Positions 1 to 12,363 of a DNA stretch of 64,000 nucleotides are shown here, piece after piece (within the stretch, counting starts at the first letter, position 1; each line of letters opens with the position of its first letter). The DNA is from Octopus sinensis. Its lineage: Eukaryota. Location: contig NC_043000.1 of the NCBI RefSeq assembly GCF_006345805.1, positions 89,466,001 to 89,530,000 of the forward strand, in the 5' to 3' direction. Both the position numbers and the translations under genes were made by a program. The notes below the pieces were generated by a model, which had not been told where the DNA came from, did no database searches, and saw only the letters and a program-made list of their open reading frames with translations.

Positions 1-3000
1 TGTGTGTATCGGCATATCCCAGAGTATGGTTACTTCTCGTTTTCTGTGACCTTTTCTGGTGTGTGCCTATACCATCTTTTTCTGTTGTTATTCCATAATG
101 TTGGCATAGCTTCCAATGTATGTATGTTCCAACTCTGTCATGTCTGTGAATATATTCCTTCTTAGCCAGGACTGGCAGCTAGAGATAATATGATTTATTG
201 TTTCTTGTCCATCACCACATATTCTGCAGTTACTTGTAATATTTCTTTTCATTACATGTCTTCGGTAATTTCTGGTGGGGAGGCTTTGGTCTTGTGCTGC
301 AATTAAAAATCCCTCTGTTTCTGCTTTGAGTCCTGAGCTTATCAACCATTGCCGGGATTTTTCTTTGTCTATTTCTTTTGCGTTTAGTTTAGTCCAGTAT
401 TTACCGTGAAGGGGTTTTCTTGCCATCGTTTTATCATGGTTCGTTGCTGTTCTATTTTTAGTTTGGATTTCATTTGTTTTATAGATTTTGTTGTTTCTTC
501 ATCTTCTTCTTCTTCTTCTTCTTCATATTTATTAGGTGGTATGATTTCTTGTTTGTATTTGTCAGCTTCCTTAAATACTGAGAACAATTTTTCGTTTTGC
601 TCGTGTTTTGCCGCTATTTGTATCAGTTTTCCTTCCTTCTGAAGTAGATATTTTTGCAGTCCTATGGTGGTTATTTTATAGTAGTTTTCCAGTTGTATAA
701 GGCCTCTACGATGTATATATAGTCTTTCTATGTCAGATTTTGGGTGATGCATCCTAGATCCTGTCATTATTTTTCTTGTTTTCCTATCTATTTTGGTCAG
801 TTCATTTAGTGCCCAGTTAAGGATATTGTAGCTGCAACTTATAACTGGGACCGCTAAAGTGTTAATACCTATTATCTTGTTTTTAGCATTGAGCTCTGTT
901 TTTAGTATTGATCTAACTCGTCTATAATATTATTTTTTATTTTCTCTTTCATTTGTGTGTGTTGTGTCTTATCTAGTTCATGGATTCCTAAGTATTTGTA
1001 AGTTTGGCTTTGGTCTAATTCTCTTATTTCATTGGTTTTATCTAGTATGATGTTGCTACTCTTAACTAGTTTTCCTCTTTTCATGGTTACTTTGGCGCAT
1101 TTTTCTAATCCAAATTTCATATCTATTTCTTTGGTAAATCCATGAACTGTCTTTAATAGTGTTTCCAGCTGTTTGTCATTTGCAGCGTATAGTTTTAGGT
1201 CATCCATATATAAAAGGTGGCTGATCGTTTTGCCGTAACATTTATATCCGCATCCAGTTCTATTTAGCATATCAGATAGAGGTGACAGTGCCAAGCAGAA
1301 AAGGAGTGGAGAGAGCGTGTCTCCCTGGAATATTCCTCTTCTAATGGGGATGTCTTTGGTTTTCATGAGTCCCTCTTTTGTTTGGAGGTGTAGGACTGTT
1401 TGCCATTTATTCATAGAGTGCCCTATGTTGGTGCTACTTTGTTAATGGCTAGCGTTTCGAGGATCCATGTGTGGGGGATGCTATCAAACGCCTTTTTGTA
1501 GTCAATCCAGGCCATACTGAGGCCTTTCTTATTTCTGTGGCTGTCTTCAGTTATGGCTTTATTAATCATTAGTTGATCTTTACAGCCATATGACCCTTTG
1601 CGGCATCCTTTCTGCTCTTCTGGGAACAGTTTGTTTTCGTCCAGGTGCTTGTTCAACCTTTGCGATATCACTGCAGTAAATGCCTTGAACATTGTAGGGA
1701 GACAGGTATTGGTCTGTAGTTTTCTGGTTTTGCTGTCTCATTTGATTTGGGAATTAAGATGGTTTTCCCCTTCGTGAGCCATTCAGGCATTGTCTCTGGC
1801 TCTGCTTGTATGTTGTTAAAGTTTCAGCCAGCTTTTTGTGCATTCCTTTTAGATATTTCAACCAGAAGTTGGGGATCTTGTCATGCCCAGGTGCCTTCCA
1901 GTTGCTTAGTCTTTGCAGTGCCTGGGTGACCTCTTCAGTTGTTATGGGGGTCCAAAGTTGTTCAGATGCCGAGTTTGTTATTTTGATACTCCTTTTTTTT
2001 TGGTTGTTCGTTCGCCGACCATATTTCTCTCCAGAATTCTTCCACTTCTTCTGCTGTTGGTGCTGCAGTGATTTCTATTTTATTTTTGCCAAGTTCTTGG
2101 TAGAACTTTTTGGGGTTGGAGTTGAACTTTTTGTTTTGTTCAAAGATGCGCTGGCGTTTCTCGTACCGGCGGATCCTTTGTGCTTTGGCAAGGATATCTT
2201 GCTTCAGCTTTTCTTTTATCTCAGGTAAATCTTTTTCTGTGATGTTATATTTGCGGAGTATTTTTGTTTTCTTTTTGTTGCTCAGTAGTGTTGATTGTTT
2301 GCTGATTTCATTAAGAATCGACAGATCTTTTCTCATTTTTTGTATTTTGTTTTGGATGTTATTTATCCACAGGGTTTGTTTGGGTGGTGGTACTCCTGTT
2401 TGGATGGGTTTGAGTGAGTATCCAGCTTCATTTGTGGCTGCAGTGGCTGCTGCGTATATTAAGTCATTTAGCTCAGTGATATCGCTTTTTGTTTCAGTGG
2501 CTATTAGTTCCGTGACGGCTAGGTTTATGCTGTTTATAATTGGTGTTGTTGTTTCGTCTATTTTGATTCTTGGGAGGTATGGTCGGTGGTCCATTTTGAG
2601 CTCTGTGGTTTTCAGTTCTTTGATTATTTTACTTTTTATATTATCATAATCATTAGGCTCCACTTCGTTGTTTACATCTTGTTTGTTGGGAATGTTATGT
2701 TTGTCTTCGTGTTTTACTGTTTCAGTTTTTATATTATTGGGCATTGTTGTGTGGCTTCTATCTACATTTTCCTGGTGTATTTTTTCTTTTAGATGTTCTA
2801 TTTCTATTTCTGATATTTTTTGCGTTGAGAATGTATCTTCGTACGTTAGCTAATTTATTAGGGTTCATTGCTGTATCCAAGTCTATATTTATGTTATTTT
2901 CCTTCCATATTTTAAATGTATGTGTTGTGTTTTCATTTTTTGGGTAGAGCACTGCTATGAAGTATGCGTGTAAGATAGAAATGTATTCCTTACGTGTCCA

Positions 3001-3596
3001 TTTATGTCTTTTGGGTTTTATTTGCGGGACATGAGGTACAACGTCCGGCCCATTATTTTGACGGTCGTCATTTTCGTAGGGTACCGGTCCGTTCATTGCT
3101 GTTGTCACATTGTTTTGCACGTGTAGTTTTTCGTACATTTTGTGTTGTAAGTTTAAAGTACGTACCGCTCGATTGTTATTCTTGGGTTGAATAATATTGG
3201 TGGCATTTAATTTCTTCGTAGTTCCTTTGTACATGGTGTTTGGGGTCGGGGATGATCTGGTGTTAGTGGATCGTAATGTTCCACGCATGTTTACATGTGT
3301 TGTGTTAGAGGTGGAGATTATATCGAGTCAAAATACATCATTTCGTTTTGAAAATAGTAATAAATTTCAATTAGTATTACTTACTCGGATACAGTCCAAT
3401 CCTTTGTTAGTAAATCTTTGGCTCCATACGATGTCCTTGTTTTCGATGTTTGTAGATAGATTTCGGAGCTCTGTATTTTCCTTCTTACATCTTAAACGTC
3501 CCTCGGTGTTCTTAAACGTCCCCAGGTGTTCTTAAACGTCCCCCGGTGTTTAAACGTCCCCCGGTGTTCTTAAACGTCCGCCGGTGTTCTTAAACG

Positions 3597-3598
<2 letters not shown>
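1..3598 (-). mobile_element. Near full-length, frameshifted R4/Dong-clade non-LTR retrotransposon (family A); 3' end runs off the left edge of the window
   Basis: Consecutive minus-strand ORF pieces 2758-3288, 1962-2744, 1423-1692 (QKGCRKGSYGCKDQL, AWIDYKKAFDSIPH), 902-1414 (RGIFQGDTLSPLLF, LLYMDDLKLY), 384-767 and 88-426 (CRICGDGQETINHI zinc knuckle). The 5' end abuts (TTA)n at 3599-3642. Confidence 0.92.
3491..3598. repeat. About 5.5 tandem copies of a 20-bp unit (CTTAAACGTCCCCCGGTGTT) at the 5' terminus of the R4 element
   Basis: Units start at 3491, 3511, 3531, 3551 (18 bp), 3569, with a partial at 3589. There are no spacers. Confidence 0.95.
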
Positions 3599-3642
<44 letters not shown>

Positions 3643-3643
<1 letters not shown>

Positions 3644-4012
3644 TGTTTGACTTTTGCTTTATATTTGTACAAGTTTCACCCACAGACCTCAAGAGACAAC
3701 AGGTTGGAAGTTCATATTGTTGTTATGCCTAGTGTGCCATATATTTGGTTTTGTATTTAGTGTTGTACTAGTGAATGCCTAAAAAAATTGTTTGTTTTAA
3801 AACTTGAGATTACATAGAAAGTATTTTGCGTAGGATATGAGCAGTTCCCATGAGCACTACCTTTTGAATTTCCGCCATTTTGAGGTTTCCTGGTATCTGA
3901 GTTAGGTAGCGATCAGACCCTTTTGCTATCATTCTTAGGGCACCTATGACAACAGGTATTGTTTTAGTCTTCAGGTTCCACATTTTGCTGATTTCTATTT
4001 CAAGATCTTTAT
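3643..4012 (-). mobile_element. 5'-truncated R4-type retrotransposon 3' end (family B; RLE C-terminus plus 3' UTR)
   Basis: Minus-strand translation KDLEIEIS-MWNLKTKTIPVVIGALG...GTAHILRKILSM. (TTA)n lies on both sides. Homologous to 47913-48310. Confidence 0.85.
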
Positions 4013-4025
4013 ATTATTATTATTA

Positions 4026-4090
<65 letters not shown>

Positions 4091-4099
4091 TATTGTTAT

Positions 4100-4295
4100 T
4101 ATTAGCATGCCGGAAAAAGTGCTTAGCGGCATTTCGCTTGAATTTACGTTCCGATTTGAAATACCGCTGTGGTCGACTTTGCCTTTCATTATTTCGCTGT
4201 TGATAACGCAGTAGCACTGCGGGGGCGGGGTTGATGTAAGCCACTAGCCCCCTTCCACAAAAATTTCAGGCCATGTGCCTACAGTATAAATTATT
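4100..4295 (+). mobile_element. tRNA-derived SINE, group 1 (tail type b)
   Basis: Matches the other group-1 copies: GCTTAGCGGCATTTCG, degenerate B-box, GTCGACTTTGCCTTTCAT, and tail AATTTCAGGCCATGTGCCT. Confidence 0.75.
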
Positions 4296-4659
4296 GTTCT
4301 TATTACTATAAGATGTTGCACAGTATACAATATTGTGATGTTGTAGATTGAAGTTACTGTGTGCACCGGGAATTTGTGCTATCTGTCAAATCACAACAAG
4401 CAACTGAGATAGCACTTTAGGCAGTATGCGCGCAGTTTTAAGTAAATCCGATATTTCCTATACATCAAGCGTGTAGGGTATTTCTAAACTGTCCAGATGT
4501 TTCTTTACTGTGGCTAGTACTGAACATAATTATTAGACGCGCTTGCTTATCACTTTCAAAAGCAACTATATCCGGCCTTCAATGCTCTAATATATTGCCT
4601 TTCTGGAAGTCAAAGTCTTTGCCTTTCCATTTTCTTCCATTAACTTTTCCACTTATTTC

Positions 4660-5475
4660 TCCTCATAGCATTTTTAATTTTGTTCATGCACATTGTTTCA
4701 GATTTTGTCGACTACACAGTAGAGTCAGTTGTGCACATGTAAGACAAACAGCACCATGACGCAATTCACTCTACCAGAAATTTGGAAATGACATGCTGTA
4801 CTGCTTGACATTCGCGCCATAAGCTCCAATACAGACTTTTCAGAGAGTTTGGGTGTGAATCTGAGGACAGTGCAATCTGAGGACATGTATCGAGTGGGAT
4901 AAAACAAAACATCCTATCAACATCATGGTATTTGGAGTGATCACAAGTGATGGTGATGGTATGCCTCCATTCATCTTCCCACACAGCCTGAGACTCAACA
5001 CAGAGGCCTACAGCAATTACTCGGAAGAGATAGTGCTGCCCTGGGTCAAGAGGGTGGCTACTGGAACAACCTATGCCTGACAAGAGGACTCTGCACCATG
5101 CCACACAAGCAAGTGAACCCAGTCATGGCTGCCAGACAGTTTCTGCGACTACATCACCCCTAACATCTGGCCACTTAACTCCCCATACTGCAGACAATGT
5201 GATTATTATGTGTGGGGCGCAAAGGTGAACTAAAGGCAAGGATTAGATCAGCATTCACCAACTTAAACAACGAGGCCGTCCGGAAAAGTTGCAGGAAATT
5301 CCGAAGTCGTCTGGAGGCGGTGCTTGAAGCCAATGGTGATTTTATTGAACATGCTTACTCTTTTGTATTTCAAGATATTTTAATGTAATTTTGCTAAATA
5401 TTTCTGTCAAAATGAGATGTCAGTGTTACTTTCACGTTTGCATAATTTAGAGGACAGTTTATTCACCTCAGCCTG
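4660..5475 (+). mobile_element. Degenerate maT/DD37D Tc1-mariner transposon with internal deletion
   Basis: Translation near 5088-5220 reads DSAPCHT...WPLNSPYCRQCDYYVWG, with 37 residues between the last two Asp. The right end ...CTG is followed by TA at 5476. The left end is not resolved. Confidence 0.75.
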
Positions 5476-5483
5476 TACACACA

Positions 5484-5541
<58 letters not shown>

Positions 5542-5688
5542 AACACACCCACGCACACACACACATTGTGTATTATTATCAGAAAATAGATATTTTCTCG
5601 TGTTAAAAATTTCCAGACAAAATACTATTTTCTTCTGATAATTTTATCATTTTTGTATATATTCCAATTTTTGTTTTGTCTTTTATAG

Positions 5689-5868
5689 AGTATGTTTCAT
5701 TTGTTATGCTGAAAATATATTCTAAGCCAGCAGCTGAAAAACTTATTGAACAAGGAATTACAGCAACAACAATAGCCAATAAAAATAGTATGGTCTGGTA
5801 TTGTTACAAAGTTATAGGATTCAGCAGAGAAATGTGTAACCAATTTAACAGACTCCAGTACTTCACTG
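5689..5868 (+). CDS. Candidate 180-nt internal host exon (phase 1-1), product unknown
   Basis: T-rich tract plus TAG acceptor ending at 5688, an open 60-codon frame (YVSFVMLKIYSKPAAEKLIEQGITATT...RLQYFT), and a CTG|GTATTT donor. No homolog recognised. Confidence 0.35.
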
Positions 5869-5994
5869 GTATTTAATTTATCTAACTCTAGAGAATATTA
5901 TACTTTAATAAGTAATACAATACTGCTAGGTATTTTATCAGCAAGTCTAACCTTTTTTTTTTTTATTTAGTTAAAATAATAATTATTATTATTG

Positions 5995-6640
5995 TTATTT
6001 CACATGTTGGCACAATGCCAGCAATTTCGAGAGAAGGGTTGAGTTAATTATATCGAACACCGTACTTTGCTGGTACTTATTTTATCGATCTCGAAAAGGG
6101 GACAAAGTTGGCCTCGGTGGAATTTGAACTCAGAACGTAAAGTTGGACTGAAATGTCGATAAGCATTTCGCCATCATAATTATAATGATCATAATAATAG
6201 TCCTTTCTACTATAGATAGAAGGACTGAAAATTTTAGGGAAGAAACTAGTCCATTACATCGATCCCAATATTTAACTGGTGCTTATTTTATCGACCGCGA
6301 AAGGATAAAAGACAAAGTTGACCTCAGCTGAATTTGAACTCAGAACATAGCGACTGGCGAAATACTGCTTAGCATTTCACCTGGCGGGCTAACAATTCTG
6401 CTAGCTCGCCACTTTGATGATCATGATAATAAAGGCTTCAAATTTTGGCACAAGGTCAGCAAGTTCGGGGAGGGGGTAAGTCGATTACATCGACTTCACT
6501 GCTCAACTGGTACTGTTTTATCCCGGGGGATCAAATGCAGAGTTGACATGTGTGGAATTTGATTTCAGAACGTGAAGTCAGACGAAATACTGCTAAAAGT
6601 TTTGTCCGGCGTTCTAACGATTCTGCCACTTCGCAATAAT
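5995..6640 (-). mobile_element. Three consecutive group-1 tRNA-SINEs (tails c, b, c)
   Basis: Three copies of the GAATTTGA..TCAGAAC core (reverse complement of the B-box region) at about 6120, 6330 and 6555, separated by short ATA repeats. Confidence 0.85.
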
Positions 6641-6667
6641 AAAAATAAAATCAACAACAACAACAAC

Positions 6668-6705
<38 letters not shown>

Positions 6706-6853
6706 GGTCGCGCACATATGGTTGTGATGCATGTGCCTAGTGTACCCTTATCAGACGGGTAGTGATGATGTGTGTACTGGATTTCGTATATTTTACCCCA
6801 GTGTCACTTTGATGGCATGCATTGTTCTCTCAAATAATAATAATGATAATAAT

Positions 6854-6895
<42 letters not shown>

Positions 6896-6902
6896 CTTAC
6901 TC

Positions 6903-7308
6903 TTTACTCTCTTTTACTTGTTTCAGTCATGTGGCTGTGGCCATGCTGGAGCACCGCTTTTAGTCGAGCAAATCGAGCCCAGGATTTATTTTTTTTAAGC
7001 CTAGTACTTATTGTATCGGTGTCTTTTGACCAACCGCTAAGTTACGGGGTCGTAAATACACCAGCATCGATTGTCAAGCGATGTTGGGAGGACAAACACA
7101 GATACACAAGCCTACACACACATACGTATATATATATACATATATACGACGAGCTTTTTTAAGTTTCCGTCTACCAAATCCACTCACAAGGCACTGGTCG
7201 GCCCAAGGCTATAGTAGAAGACGCTTGCCCAAGGTGCCACGCAACGGAGCTGAACCCGGAACCATGTGGTTCGTAAGCAAACTACCTACCACACAGCCAC
7301 TCCTACGA
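6903..7308 (-). mobile_element. tRNA-derived SINE, group 2 (CORE-like central domain, internal microsatellite)
   Basis: Reverse complement reads GGAGTGGCTGTGTGGTAGG...GGTTCCGGGTTCAGCTCC...GGCACCTTGGGCAAG, a tRNA-like head followed by a CCTTGGGCAAG motif resembling CORE-SINEs. Other copies occur in the window. Confidence 0.85.
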
Positions 7309-7341
7309 CTAATAATAATAATAATGATAATAATAATGATA

Positions 7342-7379
<38 letters not shown>

Positions 7380-7382
7380 CAT

Positions 7383-7785
7383 AAGGCCGGATATAGTATC
7401 AGAGATCACCAAGAAAAAATGCTTCCTAATCGATGTATCAATAACAACAGATGACAATGTTTCTCTAAAAGAAAGGGAGAAACTTTCAAAATACAAAGAC
7501 CTGGAAATAGAGGTAACTCAAATGTGGAGGCTAAAAACAGAAACAATTTCTATCATAGTAAGCGCATTAGGTATGATAGAAAAATATTCTGACAAACACA
7601 TAACAAAGATGCCAGGAATTACAAGTATATATAACATACAGAAAATAGCACTACTAGGCACCGTACACATCCTGCGCAAAGCACTTTCAATACAAAAAAA
7701 GAGCACCACGACAAATCACAGCACATACCCAGTTTACACAGAGCTGCACTCGGTAATGAAGTGAAAGCAAGTGATAAAAATAAGT
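7383..7785 (+). mobile_element. Short 5'-truncated R4 family A copy (RLE domain plus 3' UTR)
   Basis: RPDIV...KKCFLIDVSITTDDNVSLKEREKLSKYKDLEIE in ORF 7081-7764. Followed by (TAA)n. Confidence 0.88.
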
Positions 7786-7818
7786 CTACAGAATAATAAT
7801 AATAAATATTATATAATA

Positions 7819-7862
<44 letters not shown>

Positions 7863-7874
7863 TAATAATAATAA

Positions 7875-9578
7875 GGATGACCTAAAACTATACGCGCAAA
7901 TGACAAACAGGATGACTAAAACTATACGCTGCAAATGACAACAGCTGGAAACACTATTAAAGACAGTCCATGGATTTACCAAAGAAATAGATATGAAATT
8001 TGGATTAGAAAAATGCGCCAAAGTAATCATGAAAAGAGGGAAACTAATTAAGAGTAGCAACATCACACTAGATAAAACCAATGAAATAAGAGAATTAGAC
8101 CAAAGCCAAACTTACAAATACTTAGGAATCCATGAACTAGATAAGACACAACACACACAAATGAAAGAGAAAATAAAAAAAGAATATTATAGACGAGTTA
8201 GATCAATACTAAAAACAGAGCTCAATGCTAAAAACAAGATAATAGGTATTAACACTTTAGCGGTCCCAGTTATAAGTTGCAGTTACAATATCTTTAACTG
8301 GACACTAAATGAACTGACCAAAATAGATAGGAAAACAAGAAAAATAATGACAGGATCTAGGATGCATCACCCAAAATCAGACATAGAAAGACTATATATA
8401 CAACGTATAGAAGGTGGTAGAGGCCTTATACAGCTGGAAAACTACTATAAAATAACCACCATAGGACTGCAAAAATACCTACTTCAGAAGGAAGGAAAAC
8501 TGATACAAATAGCGGCAAAACACGAGCAAAACAAAAAACTGTTCTCAGTATTTAAGGAAGCTGACAAATACAAACAAGAAATCATACCACCTAACAAATA
8601 TGAAGAAGAAGAAGAAGAAGAAGAAGAAGAAGAAGAAGAAGAAGAAGAAACAACAAAAGCTATAAAACAAATGAAATCCAAACTAAAACTAGAACAGCAA
8701 AGACCTATGATAAAACGATGGCAAGAAAAGCCCCTTCATGGTAAATACTTGACTAAACTAAATGCAAAAGAAATAGACAAAGAAAAATCCCAGCAATGGT
8801 TGATGAGCTCAGGACTCAAAGCAGAGACAGAGGGATTTTTAATTGCAGCACAAGACCAAAGCCTCCCCACCAGAAATTACCAAAAACATGTAATGAAAAG
8901 AAATATAACAAGTAACTGCAGAATATGTGGAGATGGACAAGAAACAATAAATCATATTATCTCTGGCTGCCCAGTCCTGGCTAAGAAGGAATATATTCAC
9001 AGACATGACAGAGTTAGAACCTACATACACTGGAAGCTATGCCAACATTATGGAATAACAACAGAAAAAAGATGGTATAGGCACACACCAGAAAAGATCA
9101 CAGAAAACGAGAAGCAACCATACTCTGGGATATGCCGATACACACAGATAGAGAAATTAAGGCCAACAGACCAGATATAGTTGTCAGAGATCATGAAGAA
9201 AAAAAATGCTTTCTAATTGATGTATCAATACCGGCAGATGACAACGTGTCTCTAAAAGAAATGGAGAGACTTTCAAAATACAAAGACCTGGAAATAGAGA
9301 TAACCAGAATGTGGAATCTAAAAACAGAAACAATCCCTATCATAGTAGGTGCATTAGGCATGATAAAAAAATATTCAGACAAATACATAACAAAAACACC
9401 AGGACTTACAAACACATATAATATACAGAAAATTGCACTACTAGGTACTTCACACATCCAACGCAGAACACTTTCCATACAATAACCATCAGAGCATCAC
9501 AACAAATCACAGCACATACCCCAGGCACACAGAGCTGCGCTCGGTAGTGAAGTGAAAGCACGCTATAAAAAAAAAAAA
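7875..9578 (+). mobile_element. 5'-truncated R4 family A copy (end of RT, thumb, CCHC knuckle, RLE, 3' UTR, short polyA)
   Basis: ORFs 7993-9180 and 9132-9485. Near-identical to the reverse complement of 1-1213. (TAA)n on both sides. Confidence 0.93.
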
Positions 9579-9645
9579 TAATAATAATAATAATAATAAT
9601 GATAATAATAATGATAATAATAACAACAACAACAACAACAATAAT

Positions 9646-10804
9646 ACGGTGTAAACTTTCAGTCCTGATATCAGAATGGAGTTCGGAGTGAGAAAGTGTA
9701 GTGTGTTAATCTTGAAGAAAGGCAAAATCAAATGTATTTACGGTCTATCGATACCGTCGGGGGAGGTTATGAAGCGGATGGAAGAAGAGACGTGCTATAA
9801 GTACTTGGGGGTTTTGGAAATAGATAAATTGATGGAGAAAGAAATGACAGAAAAATTTAAGGTGGAGTACTTGCGCAGACTGAGACTGGTCCTTTAGTCG
9901 AAATTAAACGTACAGAATAAGATTGAAGCTATCAATACCTGGGCGGTTTCACTCCTTAGATATGGAGCAGTGATAATCGCATGGACAATAAACGAACTAA
10001 ACAGCTTAGACAGAAAGACAAGGAAGTTGCTAACTATATATAAGACACTCCACCCAAAACGTGACACAGACAAACTGTATGTACCAAGAAAAATAGGGCG
10101 AAGATGACTTATTGGATACGAATACAGAATTAGTGCAGAAGAAAACAACAAATATGTAAAAACAAAGACGTGGTATGAGAAAACCCCAGGAGTTAAGGAC
10201 CAAATACGTGAAGTGCAGCGACAAATACAGAATGTTTAGTGAGAGGGGTGAAACAGTATGATACAGTTACCGAATGCTCGAAATTGGCACAACGCGAATA
10301 CAAAAGACGCCATGACAATGTGGTAACAATGAGCCATTTGGAGTTCTGTGGAAATCACGGTCTACAAAGAGCAAAGACGTGGCATGAGCACACCCCAAGA
10401 GTTACCGAGAATGAGAATAGCAAAACCCTGTGGGATGTCGTAATTCAGTGCGATCACCTGACTAGACATTGTTGTGGTGAATAAAAAAGAAAGAGCATGC
10501 ATGATAAGCGGTATAGCATACACCGGTGACAACATGTTCAATGTGAAAGAAGAAAAAATAAACAACTATGACGATTTGAAGCGGGAAATACGAAGGTTGT
10601 GGTCAATGAGAGTAGACGTGATACCAATGGTAATTGGTGCACTTGGAATTATCAGTACTCAACTACCAATATGACTGAAAAACATTGGTGCAAGTGTGAA
10701 GGTAGAACACCTACAAAAATCAGCATTGCCTGAAACTGCAAGAATCTTTCTCAGCTGTGTACAGCTGACATCATACCCTGCAAAATAAGCTGAGTTTTCA
10801 TCGC

Positions 10805-10806
<2 letters not shown>
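9646..10806 (+). mobile_element. Degenerate 5'-truncated R4-type element (family C)
   Basis: MEFGVRKCSVL..YKYLGVLE, EYKRRHDNVV, KEEKINNYDDLKREIRRLW..VIPMVIGALG. (TAA)n-type repeats on both sides. Confidence 0.85.
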
Positions 10807-10862
<56 letters not shown>

Positions 10863-10863
<1 letters not shown>

Positions 10864-11055
10864 CCTTTCTATTAAAGGCACAAGGCCTGAAATTTTAGGG
10901 GGCGAAGCTAGTCGATTACATCGACCTTAGTATTTCACTAGTACTTAATTTATCGACTCCGAAAGGATGAAAAGCAAAGTCGATATCGGTGGAGTTTTAA
11001 TTCAGAACGTAGCGGTGGGCGAAATACCACTAAGAATTTTGTCTTCTGTGCTAAT
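10863..11055 (-). mobile_element. Group-1 tRNA-SINE (tail b)
   Basis: GGCACAAGGCCTGAAATT tail, GTCGATTACATCGAC and GAAAGGATGAAAAGCAAAGTCGA blocks. Confidence 0.85.
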
Positions 11056-11065
11056 AATAAATGAT

Positions 11066-12360
11066 GATTTCTTTTATTGGCCACAAGGGCCCAAAACATC
11101 GAGGACAATATCGAAGGACGAGTTAAAGTACAACAAAAAAAAGAAAACGTGGTGTTAACATCAATCAAGGAGAGATACTACCACATTAAAGGATATAACA
11201 GAGGATGTATAATAGAAACTAGAGAAATGAATAATGAATAAATAAAATTAGAAACCCCTAAAGCGCGACAGTCCACTTAGGGTAATCCGGGGTAAACCCG
11301 ACACAAACTTCCCAGATTACTCTGCAATCTCCAAGATATGGGAAAGTGCCTTCTTCCAGTTTATTTCCTCCTGCTTAGAAAAACATATTCAGAGTAGGTC
11401 CATTCAGTCTCACCGCCGACCACCTTTTGATAAACACATTAGAAAGCAGCAGCAGCCTCTCGACCCTCACCTTCCTCTTCAAATGATATTTGAAGAAACT
11501 GATGTGGACTTGACCAGATAAGAAAGTGACTGTCTTCAAATCTTTCAGACGGGTCCACCACACAGCCTCTTTTGCCACAGCCACTAAGCAGAGAAAGTTC
11601 TGCCTTCCTACTCTACTAAGAGAAGGTAGTGCGTCGATCTTCACTATACAGTCGGCAGACAGCTGAATTCGTCTTACACGCTACAACAGCTGCTCTACGC
11701 AATCCCACAACTCTCTAAGGCACGGACACTGTATTATTGCATGCAGGACGGTTTCATCCCCTGCAAGCATCTCGGACAGGTTCAGCTGTTGGCACTTTCA
11801 TGTCTGAAGAGCTTGTCTCGAACGGCCAATACCCTTCTTTAGCAGTTGCCAATCCCAAAACTTTTGGAAATTGTCCATTATCTTCGGCCCGAAGGTTCCC
11901 TGGAAGTGACTACTCAAACTGTTCTTGTCGATGCCTAGATTTAATCCATCATTTATGCCCTCAAATAGCCCCCGCTGGAAATCTTGGTCTGTTTTCTCGC
12001 TAACGCTTTTGAGCAGCTGGCGCAATGCAGTGAGCGCCTGGCAACATTCTAGATGCCAAACACCTAACCTTGGCCTACGTTTGCCCCATGACTGCAGTTC
12101 TGTTAATGAGATGAGCTGCGGAAAGACGTTTTGTACGAAAGACGCCCACACCAGTTCACCCTTATTTTCGTCGTCGCGGTCCACATCTTTGCAGTGATTT
12201 AGATATTTCTGTAAATGCGACACCCTCAAAGCGTGGCGACGCATCATTAAAGATGGCATCCCAAGACCACCATTGTGTGGTCCCCCTGTTGCCAGCTTTT
12301 GGACCATTATCAGAGGGGTAGTCATGATGGGTATATTGGGCTTCGTGTCACTTTGATAGC
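11066..12360 (-). mobile_element. 5'-truncated Tx1/L1-clade LINE (degenerate ORF2 C-terminus plus 3' UTR), copy 1
   Basis: ORFs 11798-12448 and 11375-11644 (FGPKIMDNFQK, AKEAVWWTRLK, HLKRKVRVER) are homologous to 33550-34209. The 5' end abuts (ATA)n. Confidence 0.75.
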
Positions 12361-12363
12361 ATG

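Noticed and set aside
384-3288. Programmed frameshifting between R4 ORF pieces
   Set aside because: The breaks are numerous and irregular, and a conserved motif is also deleted. Decay or sequencing indels are the simpler explanation.
3491-3598. CRISPR-like array
   Set aside because: The repeats are contiguous with no unique spacers, there are no cas genes, and the context is eukaryotic.
11276-11282. Isolated TTAGGG (also near 55516)
   Set aside because: Single copies are expected by chance and do not form telomeric arrays.
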